Origin: Nitrospinota bacterium
GTDB lineage: Bacteria; UBA8248
Assembly (NCBI GenBank): GCA_030754595.1
Contig: JASLZZ010000113.1
Location: 1-17,049 of the forward strand
DNA length: 17,049 bases
Reading direction: 5' to 3'
Under the pieces are notes generated by a model. It did no database searches and was not told where the DNA came from. It saw only the letters and a list, made by a program, of their open reading frames with translations. Below are positions 1 through 7,801 of the stretch, piece after piece. Position numbers and translations under genes: made by a program. The stretch's first letter is position 1. Each line of letters begins with the position of its first letter.

Positions 1-141
1 ACCTGCGCGCGCATGAGAAAAACCGGCCATCGGGAGGCTCTTCGGAGTTCCGATGGCCGAAGGTAAAATGGGTATGAATTGTGGCTAAAATGCTGCGATA
101 ACACAAAATCGGGGGAAGTTAGGCGGTTTTTAGAGGTTCCC
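1..141 (+). mobile_element. Left copy of a repeated element, probably the 3' end of an insertion sequence (IS5-like is a guess)
   Basis: Reverse complement matches 16879-17026 except 3 substitutions and a 7-bp duplication. Short frame ending ...PARA-TGA (14-16), then a hairpin, then terminus TTTTTAGAGGTTCCC followed by TTAA. No transposase body is visible. Confidence 0.65.
24..59 (+). other. Stable stem-loop with C(UUCG)G tetraloop inside the terminal element
   Basis: CGGCCATCGG-GA-gg-CTC-TTCG-GAG-TT-CCGATGGCCG: 10-bp perfect basal stem, a few bases after TGA 14-16. Confidence 0.6.
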
Positions 142-240
142 TTAATTTAACAATGTTCAACTATTTACAGCAGCTAATCTTTTGAGTGGCCGAGTTTGTC
201 CGAAACCGGGACACCTTCTTTAGTTTGGGTGGGCTGCCAG

Positions 241-606
241 TTGGGTAATATTCTCGTTGCCGCTAAAGATGAGACCATGAGGCAGTTGCTGGATGTCTCC
301 CTTCAGCGGATTAACCATGCCGTGAAGATGGCCGATAACGGAGAGGAAGTCCTCGAACTGATTCGGGGCGAAAAATTCGACCTCGTCATCGTCGACTACT
401 CCATGACCGGCATGGGCGCGATGGAAATTCTCCAGAATCTCACTGACAACGGGGACGAAATTCCCCAGATCATGATACTGAGCGCGAAGAGCACCCCCGA
501 CTCGATCCGCGAGTGCGCCGAGGCGGGCGCGAGAGACTATGTGGTGAAACCTTTCAATCTCCCTGTCCTGATCGAACGGATAGAAGTGCTCCTGCACAAG
601 AAATAA
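241..606 (+). CDS. Single-domain response regulator receiver (CheY-like), atypical acidic pocket
   Basis: FDLVIVDYSM (phospho-Asp), IMILSA (Ser/Thr), GARDYVVKPF (Lys). TTG start at 241 fits the domain boundary (MGNILVA...); ORF track starts at 196. Confidence 0.85.
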   Translation: MGNILVAAKDETMRQLLDVSLQRINHAVKMADNGEEVLELIRGEKFDLVIVDYSMTGMGAMEILQNLTDNGDEIPQIMILSAKSTPDSIRECAEAGARDYVVKPFNLPVLIERIEVLLHKK

Positions 607-697
607 AGGCCAATAAGTCCGGTGCGCTCCAGGCCGCTTCCGCCCGAACCACTACCACCCGGCTCTTCGCTAAAACCCCTCGACCCGCTGATTTCGT

Positions 698-1771
698 CTA
701 TACGTTGAACCGGACGTGCATGATCTCCCCGTCGCGGACCTCGTAGTCCTTTCCTTCGACGCGGAGCACCCCCGCCTCGCGGGCCGCCGCCATCGAGCCG
801 GCCCGGAGGAAGTCCCCGTAGCCGATCACCTCCGCACGGATGAACCCCCGCTCGAGATCGGAGTGGATCGTCCCGGCGGCCTTGAGCGCGGTCGCCCCCC
901 GCCGTATCGGCCAGGCGCGCACCTCGTCCTCCCCCACCGTCAGGAAACTCTGCAGCCCGAGCAGATCGAAGGAAGCGCGGATCACCCGGTCGCGCGCCGG
1001 GCGCTCGAGCCCGTAGTCGGCGAGGAAGGCCTCCCGCTCGTCGTCGGCGAGCTGGGCGAGTTCCTCCTCGAGCTGGGCGCCGACCACGACGGACGGCACC
1101 TCCCCCTCCCCCGCCGAGACCCCGAGCCCCTCCGCGGGATCGGCGATCCGGTCCTCGCCGACATTGAGAACAGCCAGAAGCGGCTTGGCCGACAAAAACC
1201 CGAAGCCCTGGAGGCGGGCCAACTCCTCTTCGGGTAAATCTTGGACGATGATGGGGGCCTCCTCCTCGAGGGATTTCTGGACCTTATCGAGGAGCTCGGA
1301 CTCGGACATTTCGTCGGGGTCCTTTTTCTTCATGACCGATTTTTTGAGCCGCTCCAGGCGGCGCTCCACGACCGAGAGGTCGCGGAGGATGAGGTCCACC
1401 CGCATGTCGGACAAATCGCGCGCCGGGTCCACGCTCTCGCGCGGGTGGGGCACGCCCGGATCGCCGAAAGCCCTCAGGACGAGGAGAAGGGCGTCGGCCC
1501 CCTGGAGGGCCGGGGGGATGCTGTCTTTCTCGGGGGCGGCCTCGCGCCCTTCGCCGAGACCCGGCACATCGGCGAATTCGACGGTGGCGTAGGTGGTTTT
1601 TTTTGGTTTGAGGATTTCGCTCAGCTTATCGACGCGCGGATCGGCCACCTGGGCGACGCCCAAATGAACCTGGGATGCGCCGTAACCCCCCGTGTGGGCC
1701 GCGCCGCCCGTCAGGGCGTTGAACAGGGTGGTCTTCCCGCTAGCGGCGATTCCGATGATTCCGATTTTCAA
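698..1771 (-). CDS. ychF: YchF/Obg-like ATPase (C-terminal TGS/DUF933)
   Basis: GIAASGKTTLFNALT P-loop, DVPG, NVGE (NxxE G4), SFLTVGEDEVRAW, AAGTIHSDLERGFIRAEV, EGKDYEVRDGEIMHVRFNV terminus. TTG start with GGGAG upstream. Confidence 0.93.
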   Translation of the reverse strand: MKIGIIGIAASGKTTLFNALTGGAAHTGGYGASQVHLGVAQVADPRVDKLSEILKPKKTTYATVEFADVPGLGEGREAAPEKDSIPPALQGADALLLVLRAFGDPGVPHPRESVDPARDLSDMRVDLILRDLSVVERRLERLKKSVMKKKDPDEMSESELLDKVQKSLEEEAPIIVQDLPEEELARLQGFGFLSAKPLLAVLNVGEDRIADPAEGLGVSAGEGEVPSVVVGAQLEEELAQLADDEREAFLADYGLERPARDRVIRASFDLLGLQSFLTVGEDEVRAWPIRRGATALKAAGTIHSDLERGFIRAEVIGYGDFLRAGSMAAAREAGVLRVEGKDYEVRDGEIMHVRFNV

Positions 1772-1848
1772 AAACGCACTCTCCCCATAGGCGGCGGACA
1801 GCCCGCGAGATTAGCAAAAACGTAGCGCTCAAGGTCAAATAACGAGAA

Positions 1849-1902
1849 TTGCCGCGTTCTCCAGCTAGAGCGGCAACGAGAGCGGCGGCGGGAGCGGCCC
1901 TG
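1849..1902. repeat. Hairpin overlapping three degenerate 12-bp tandem repeats; possible terminator for the DUF3604 gene
   Basis: TTGCCGC (1849-1855)/GCGGCAA (1870-1876) inverted repeat. AGAGCGGCAACG, AGAGCGGCGGCG, GGAGCGGCCCTG at 1867, 1879, 1891. Confidence 0.4.
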
Positions 1903-1911
1903 CCACCGGCA

Positions 1912-4128
1912 TCAGCGGTTCACGTATATCGGGCTCGACCAGGCCTGACCGCCGTTCAGCTGGAGCACACGCACCCAGTAGGGGCTGCATCCCCCCGGCG
2001 CCTCCTCGTCGTTGAAGGCGAACCGGGCGTTCCAGTCCCTCGTCTGGGCGGCGACCTCGCTCACCTGGACGCGAATGTTCACCCCGCCGCCGGGAACGAC
2101 GTGCGGCTCGAAACCGATGTCGTCCAGCCGCATCCTGAAGCTCGCCGGGTCGCTGAAAAAATGAAACTCGGCGCCGGGAGGAGCGTCCACGTCGAGCATC
2201 ACCCCGTCCGGGTCGCCCGAGGTGGCCGTCTGAAAGCGGAGCACCTTGTTCGAGACCCGTTGAATCGTGTCGTCGTACTGATCGAGCGCATAGGGGGTGA
2301 AGGTGACGATGCTCCCCTGGCTGAGCGAGATTCCCCCGCGCCAGTTTACTTTTTTGTTGCGCCCGCTTTTGGCCGATACCCCGCTCCACTGCACCCGGAT
2401 TCTCCGCTGGCCGCTTCCGCCCTCAGGTCGGTTGATCGGGTAGCGGTAGATGGTCTCGAGGCCGCGCTTGACCTCGACGTCGAGCAGCGGGGCGGTGCCG
2501 TGGACCTCGACCTCGATCGTCGGCGGCTCCCGGGTGGTGATCTCCTCGCCCATCCAGGCGCCCGCGCAGGCGGTTTTCATCAGGATGCGCTCGCCGTTCG
2601 TGCCGTAGGTGCGCCGGGCCCGCATGGCGTCCCAGACCGCCTCCCGGGTGAGTTCCTTGGCGTAAAGGCCGAGCAGCCCCCCCTTCACGTCGAACGTCAC
2701 GACGTTGTTCGTCCGCCGGTTCGGGTAGACGAGGCCCTGGCGACCGGTGTGATCATCGCTTCCACCGGTGATGCCCACCTTGAAGCCCCTCTCGAGCGCT
2801 TCCTCGATGAGCCACTCGAAAGTTCCGTGATGCGAGTGGGCCTCGATGAGGTGGACAAACTCGGGGTCGAAATAATCCAGGTTACAGGCCCGGCCCCCGA
2901 TGTGGGCGACGGACATGACGTCGTTCCGCCCCCGGAAGGTCTCCCAGAGTTTCGAGATGGGAAACCGGTCGGTATCGGTGTCGGAGAGATCGTCGATGGC
3001 CGCGTGCGAGCTTCTGTGTATTTCAGCGTCGTCGCCCGAGAAGTAGATGTTGTAGTCTCCTCCGCCCGAGCGGGTCCCCGACCACTCGTAGCCGAGCAGG
3101 GTGACGAATCGCCCCGGCTCGTTGAAAGCCCGGCACTCGCGCTTCACCTCCTCCCAGTCTTTTTTCCACACCCGGAAGTCGTTTCCCTGCCAGGCGGCGA
3201 AATCGACGCCCGCCCGGTCCCGCGCGAAGCGGAAATACTCATCCACCGTCCCCGTGCCGACGGTGGAGCGGGTCTGGCCGTGAATGTCGCCCCAGAAGAG
3301 GGCGAGTTCATCCGCACTCTCCCGGGGGCAAACCGGCGGCCCCAGGGCGCTTATCCCCGCGGGTTCCTCCATCCGGAGGCGGTAGGGGCCCGCGCCCTCG
3401 AGCCGCACCCCCGGCACCCGGCGGGTGCCCCGGTCCTCGGCGCGGAACTCCGCCTCCTTGGGGATTTCATCCCCCTCCTCGCCTTTTGAGAGGCTTTTGT
3501 GGAGGCAGACCTTGCCGCGAAACTCCTCGGCGGGGTTTCCCCAGCTGTCCACCGGCCGGACAAGCACATCGAACGCCTCGCCCCGAAGCGGGCGCTGCGG
3601 GTAAACCAGATGCCAGTTTTCGGGCGCGCCCCCCACCACACGGATCTCAGGGTTCTCGTTGAGTTCATAGAAATGGTTCATGTTGAAGGTATCGACAACG
3701 ACTTTCATGGTGTGGCGCGTCTCGGGGAAGGTCTGGGCGCGTATGCCCGGGCCGCCGCCACTCGTATCGCCCACTACGACCTCGATCACATCGCCCTGGC
3801 AGAGATAACCCTGGGCCACCCGAACGGCGATGGCCGAGCGCCAGTCGTCGCGGTAGCCCTGCTCGATGTAGGACAGGGCGAGCGTCACGGCGGGGTTCGA
3901 GCAACTGGCTGTGACGTAGCCCGAGGCGGCGGGGTCGGTGAACTGGGGCAGCTCCATGTCGCAGGAGAGCCGCTTGCAGATCAGGATGCGCCCCCCCTCG
4001 TCGGAGCCGTATTCGCCGGCGGTGAAAATAATTTTCCGGGTATAGAAGCTGCCCGCGATGATGGGGGTATCCGGCTCGATCCGGGCCGAGCCCACATCGA
4101 AGCGGTAGGGGTCCAGGCGTTGGTCCAT
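1912..4128 (-). CDS. DUF3604-family / PHP-like metallohydrolase, 738 aa
   Basis: FWGDIHGQT, EYFRFARD, LGYEWS, VAHIGG, IEAHSHHG, GGSDDHTGRQG, LTREAVWDAMRARRTYGT, C-terminal AWSSPIYV. GAGGAGG RBS. Confidence 0.82.
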   Translation of the reverse strand: MDQRLDPYRFDVGSARIEPDTPIIAGSFYTRKIIFTAGEYGSDEGGRILICKRLSCDMELPQFTDPAASGYVTASCSNPAVTLALSYIEQGYRDDWRSAIAVRVAQGYLCQGDVIEVVVGDTSGGGPGIRAQTFPETRHTMKVVVDTFNMNHFYELNENPEIRVVGGAPENWHLVYPQRPLRGEAFDVLVRPVDSWGNPAEEFRGKVCLHKSLSKGEEGDEIPKEAEFRAEDRGTRRVPGVRLEGAGPYRLRMEEPAGISALGPPVCPRESADELALFWGDIHGQTRSTVGTGTVDEYFRFARDRAGVDFAAWQGNDFRVWKKDWEEVKRECRAFNEPGRFVTLLGYEWSGTRSGGGDYNIYFSGDDAEIHRSSHAAIDDLSDTDTDRFPISKLWETFRGRNDVMSVAHIGGRACNLDYFDPEFVHLIEAHSHHGTFEWLIEEALERGFKVGITGGSDDHTGRQGLVYPNRRTNNVVTFDVKGGLLGLYAKELTREAVWDAMRARRTYGTNGERILMKTACAGAWMGEEITTREPPTIEVEVHGTAPLLDVEVKRGLETIYRYPINRPEGGSGQRRIRVQWSGVSAKSGRNKKVNWRGGISLSQGSIVTFTPYALDQYDDTIQRVSNKVLRFQTATSGDPDGVMLDVDAPPGAEFHFFSDPASFRMRLDDIGFEPHVVPGGGVNIRVQVSEVAAQTRDWNARFAFNDEEAPGGCSPYWVRVLQLNGGQAWSSPIYVNR

Positions 4129-4160
4129 TCTCGTAAACCTCCTCGAGATATTTCAGTGGA

Positions 4161-4221
4161 ATCGGCGGCCCCGGCCGCGGCTCTACGGCATCGGCGGCCC
4201 CGGCCCACCTCGGAGGGTGGG
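4161..4221. repeat. Perfect 16-bp direct repeat pair plus adjacent hairpin in intergenic region
   Basis: ATCGGCGGCCCCGGCC at 4161-4176 and 4190-4205; CCCACC (4204-4209)/GGTGGG (4216-4221). Confidence 0.7.
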
Positions 4222-4236
4222 AATACGGCTGAGGAG

Positions 4237-5025
4237 CTAGGCCAACTCGAAACGGCGGGTGCCGGCGTCCATGGCGAATTCGCGGGCCTCGTCGATCAGC
4301 CGCGCGAATATATGCTCGGAGGTGTGGCTGTCGCCATACTCATAGGCCGCCATGGATTCGGGATGCCACTGAACCCCGAGAACGAACCGGCAGGAGGTGC
4401 ATTCGATGGCCTCGATGACACCGTCCGGGCTCCGGGCCGCAATCCGCATTCCCGAGCCGAGGTCCTTCACGGATTGGTGATGATGGCTGTTTACGGTGTA
4501 CTCTCCCGGCCCGATGGTGGCCTCCAGTTTCGAGGGAAGCACTTCGATGGGATGGAAGGTATAGGTCTCCTTTTCGGCGTCCTCGGGAATATGCACCAGG
4601 GCGCCTTCCAGCTGGGCGGCGATGTCCTGGACAAGCGTTCCGCCGGCGGCGACGTTGAGCACCTGAACGCCGCCGCAGATTCCCAGGACCGGCAAATCGC
4701 GCGAGAGCGCCCCCCGGCAAATCGAAAGCTCGAAGTCGGCCCGCTTCCTGTTCGGCGGACTGCATTCGGGGATTGGCCTTTCTCCGAAAATCCCGGGGTC
4801 GATGTCGTGGCCGCCGCCCGAGATGACGAGTGCGTCGAGAATCTCGATAAAAGCGAGCGCGTCTTTTTCATCGTCCATCGATGGAAGGAGGAAGGGAATC
4901 CCCCCCGCCTTCTGAATAACGTGAACATAAGCGCCCATCAACGAATGACGATCCCGCTCCTTGGGCTCTTCCGGGTATTTTCGTTTCGTGAGATCGCAGG
5001 TGATTCCAATTCGGGGACGAATCAT
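4237..5025 (-). CDS. Gamma-glutamyl-gamma-aminobutyrate hydrolase family (peptidase C26, PuuD-like class I glutamine amidotransferase)
   Basis: RPRIGIT start, GGIPFLLP, ISGGGHDIDP, PVLGICGGVQVLNVAAGGTL (Cys), VNSHHHQSV, LGVQWHPE (His-Glu). Start moved to ATG 5025 (AAGAGGAA RBS, family-typical N-terminus). Confidence 0.9.
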   Translation of the reverse strand: MIRPRIGITCDLTKRKYPEEPKERDRHSLMGAYVHVIQKAGGIPFLLPSMDDEKDALAFIEILDALVISGGGHDIDPGIFGERPIPECSPPNRKRADFELSICRGALSRDLPVLGICGGVQVLNVAAGGTLVQDIAAQLEGALVHIPEDAEKETYTFHPIEVLPSKLEATIGPGEYTVNSHHHQSVKDLGSGMRIAARSPDGVIEAIECTSCRFVLGVQWHPESMAAYEYGDSHTSEHIFARLIDEAREFAMDAGTRRFELA

Positions 5026-5205
5026 CGAGGGATTCCTCTTGAACCATCGCATAAAAACGAATTGGGCGAATTGGCTGTATCCTAGGAACATCCCCCAAAA
5101 AACACAACCGGCGTCTTCGTACTCCAGTATCATCTGGACCCGCCGCGTGGCGGCGTTTAGTATTTGGGGCTTGGGGTTCGATGATCGGGCCTGGAGGCGG
5201 GAATT

Positions 5206-5592
5206 TTGTTTCGATTATATTTGACGCGGCTGGTGCTCCCCCTTGTGTTAGTAGCGGGGATGATTTCAATACCTTTCGTGTGGTTTCCCGAGATGGAACC
5301 GCCGTCCGATTCCGGACGGGGCGGCATCGCCCACATGCCCTTCCCCGGCGAGGGAGCCGAGCTCACCGATAGAGCCCCCGCCGGAGGGTCCGGTCCCACC
5401 GGATCGAAGACCCCCCGCTCCCCATTTCAGCAGGTTATGACGCTGGGCTTCGCCTTGATTCTGATATCGGTCACTATTGGAGGGGTGATGCTCTACGGCA
5501 TCACGCGGCGCCAGACGGTGAGCTTCAGGAAAAGATTCGCCCCGAAAAAGACGGGCCCCGCAAAAAATCGAAAAGACCTCCCGCCCGCCTAG
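5206..5592 (+). CDS. Hypothetical small membrane protein (2 hydrophobic helices, Pro/Gly linker, basic tail)
   Basis: GGAGG RBS before TTG; hydrophobic LVLPLVLVAGMISIPFVWF and VMTLGFALILISVTIGGVMLYGI. Stop overlaps the convergent gene's stop in CTAG 5589-5592. Confidence 0.7.
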   Translation: MFRLYLTRLVLPLVLVAGMISIPFVWFPEMEPPSDSGRGGIAHMPFPGEGAELTDRAPAGGSGPTGSKTPRSPFQQVMTLGFALILISVTIGGVMLYGITRRQTVSFRKRFAPKKTGPAKNRKDLPPA

Positions 5593-6755
5593 ACCGCGCC
5601 GGATTCACCGAGTTCTTCAATCTCACCGGGGGGGTAGCCGAGTTCGGCGAGGATTTCGCCGATGTGCTGGCCGGCCGAGGGAGCGGGCCGTGAAAAATCA
5701 AGCTCCCCCCCGCCGAAGGCGACGGGCGAGCCCGGAAACAGGGCCGGGCCGGCGGCGGGATGGTCCACCTCGACGAACACCTCGGGAAACCGCTCCTTCA
5801 CCTGGGCAACGTCGTTGATGGCGCTGACGGTGACTCCCTTCGGGATGAGGAACGCCTCCCATTCGGCGGTGGTGCGCCCCTTCAATATCTCCTCTAAAAC
5901 CTCGCGCAGCGCGCCGTCGTTTTCGACGCGTTCCCGGTTCTCGGCAAAGCGCGGGTCGACTGCAAGATCGCCGCGGCCCAGTGCCTCGACGAGCACCCTG
6001 TAGCGGTTGGTGTTCGATATGGCCACGAAAATGAGACCGTCGCGGGTATGGTAGCCCGAAAACGGAGAGACGACCGGATGCGAAAGCCCCTCGGGGCCGG
6101 GGACCTCTCCCGTGAAGCTGTGCCGCGCGACCGGATTTTCCATGATGTTGACCGTCGATGCCAGCATCGAGGCGTCCACGCGGCAGCCCTCGCCGGTGCG
6201 CTCGCGCCGCCAGAGAGCCGACAGAATTCCCGAGAGGAGAAACAGCCCGCTCGTGATATCGACGATGGACACCCCCGCCCGTACGGGCGGTCCGCCCACC
6301 GGGCCGGTCACGCTGATGAGGCCGCCCGCCGCCTGGAGCAGGCTGTCGAACGCCGGGCGTGCAGCGCCTGCCCCCCCGGTTCCGAACCCCGAGACCGCGC
6401 CGTAGATCAGCCGGGGGTTTTCCGCGTGAAGCTCCTCCCAACCCACCCCGAGGCGGTCCATCACGCCGGGCATGTAATTTTCGATGAGAACGTCCGCCCC
6501 GCGGGCGAGGCGCTTGAATACTCCACAGCCACCGGGGCTCTTGAGGTTGACGGTGATGGAGCGCTTCCCGCGGTTCAGGCTCATGAAGTAGCTGCTCTCG
6601 CCCCCGCGGAAGGGGCCGATGGCGCGGCTGTCCTCCCCACCCGGACGCTCGATCTTGACGACATCGGCGCCGTAGCCGGCCAGATAGAGCGAGGCGATGG
6701 GGCCGGCGTTGAACTGGCCGGCGTCGATGACCCTGAGACCTTCGAGAATTTTCAT
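5589..6755 (-). CDS. Family III CoA-transferase (CaiB/BaiF/Frc-like)
   Basis: LEGLRVID, AGPIA, GADVVKIERPGGEDSR, SLNRGKRSITVNLK, ADVLIENYMPGVMDRLG, NPRLIYGAVSGFG, catalytic Asp in SIVDITSG, APSAGQH terminus. Confidence 0.95.
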   Translation of the reverse strand: MKILEGLRVIDAGQFNAGPIASLYLAGYGADVVKIERPGGEDSRAIGPFRGGESSYFMSLNRGKRSITVNLKSPGGCGVFKRLARGADVLIENYMPGVMDRLGVGWEELHAENPRLIYGAVSGFGTGGAGAARPAFDSLLQAAGGLISVTGPVGGPPVRAGVSIVDITSGLFLLSGILSALWRRERTGEGCRVDASMLASTVNIMENPVARHSFTGEVPGPEGLSHPVVSPFSGYHTRDGLIFVAISNTNRYRVLVEALGRGDLAVDPRFAENRERVENDGALREVLEEILKGRTTAEWEAFLIPKGVTVSAINDVAQVKERFPEVFVEVDHPAAGPALFPGSPVAFGGGELDFSRPAPSAGQHIGEILAELGYPPGEIEELGESGAV

Positions 6756-6783
6756 GGAGCGATCTGGAGTCGAGAGTGGAAAC

Positions 6784-7572
6784 TTAGCGGCGCTTCGGCT
6801 TGCCGCCTCGGGCCGCTTTTTTCCCCGTTGATTTTTTGGACTTTTGTTTTACGGTTTTCTTTTTGGCGGTTTTCTTCTTTGCCGATTTTTTCGCGGTCTT
6901 CTTCTTCACGGCCGCTTTTTTCACGGACACCCTCTTGGCCGGCTTTTTCTTGGCCGATTTTTTCACGGCTGCCTTCTTGGCCGGTTTTTTCTTGACCGAT
7001 TTTTTCACGGCTGCCTTCTTGGCCGGCTTTTTCTTGGCCGATTTTTTCACGGCCGGAGTTTCCGCTTCGCCGGATTCCTCCGCCGGGAACTGGGGCTTCT
7101 TTCGGCCCGTCACCAGCCGAAAAGCGTAGCCGATCACCAATTCCTCGTCATCGTTCAGGCCCATCTCCTGGAGCACCAGTTCCACCGGCGAGCCGGGCTC
7201 GAGCATGTACTGGAACCCCTCCCAACCGATAATGACGGAATTGACCTTGATGCCTTCCTCTAAAAGGATTACCGCCGAGGCGCGTTCGCCATCGCCCGCC
7301 ACCGGGGAGGGCATCACCGTCGCAGAGAGTATCTTTCCCTTCCCGCTGAGATGGGTCGTGCTGGTGCTCCGGGGGCAGAAGGGGTTATCGCAGGTGGCCT
7401 TCTGGCCCGTTTTTGGGAAGAAATACTCCTCGCACTCCTCGCAAACCGAGCCAATGAGCGCGGGCTTCTGGCGGGAGTTGGTCGGAATGGTGAAGACATC
7501 CCGCATAAAGGGCACAACGTTTTTTTGGGACCCGGGGGTATAAATGGGTAATTCTTTGGAGGCTTTACTCAT
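6784..7572 (-). CDS. DUF35-type Zn-ribbon + OB-fold protein fused to a histone H1-like Lys/Ala-rich C-terminal tail
   Basis: LIGSVCEECEEYFFP...CDNPFC (4-Cys ribbon), LSGKGKILSATV, AVILLEEGIKVNSVI, GSPVELV, GYAFR (DUF35/OB_aCoA pattern). Last ~90 aa are AVKKSAKKKPAKKA-type repeats. Confidence 0.8.
   Translation of the reverse strand: MSKASKELPIYTPGSQKNVVPFMRDVFTIPTNSRQKPALIGSVCEECEEYFFPKTGQKATCDNPFCPRSTSTTHLSGKGKILSATVMPSPVAGDGERASAVILLEEGIKVNSVIIGWEGFQYMLEPGSPVELVLQEMGLNDDEELVIGYAFRLVTGRKKPQFPAEESGEAETPAVKKSAKKKPAKKAAVKKSVKKKPAKKAAVKKSAKKKPAKRVSVKKAAVKKKTAKKSAKKKTAKKKTVKQKSKKSTGKKAARGGKPKRR
6928..7053 (-). repeat. Three tandem 42-bp coding repeats (AVKKSAKKKPAKKA)
   Basis: Near-identical units on the + strand, approximately CTTCTTGGCCGG(C/T)TTTTTCTTG(G/A)CCGATTTTTTCACGGCTGC. 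Confidence 0.9.
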
Positions 7573-7689
7573 TTATAACCCCGGCGAGGAGTGGCGCCCG
7601 AGGCACCAGGCCAGAGAAGGAATTAAAGAAATACAAATACCTCAAATATTGATCGCTCTCGCACTCATCCGGCGATGAATCTCGGCGGG

Positions 7690-7730
7690 ACGGTAGCAGG
7701 GGAAAGCGGCGGTGTCAATAAATAAATGAA
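7690..7730 (-). promoter_or_regulatory. Sigma70-type promoter for the DUF35/CoA-transferase unit
   Basis: Minus strand: TTGACA (7718-7713), 17-bp spacer ending TGC, TACCGT (7695-7690); AT-rich UP-like tract at 7719-7730. Confidence 0.6.
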
Positions 7731-7801
7731 CGGGGATTTGGGCCGCGGAAGGGTCGTCATCGGTTCTGGCCGGAGCCGGCCGCCAGGGCGGGATTCCTCC
7801 G

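Noticed and set aside
1912..1914. Sec read-through of the DUF3604 TGA (likewise the selA TGA at 10321)
   Set aside because: Both proteins end at family-typical C-termini, and the downstream frames are not protein-like.
1849..5085. Long + strand ORFs 1849-3489 and 3499-5085
   Set aside because: Antisense shadows of the DUF3604 and C26 genes, expected in high-GC DNA; no motifs.
6800..7263. Phe-rich + strand ORFs resembling membrane proteins
   Set aside because: Reverse complement of the Lys-rich repeats.
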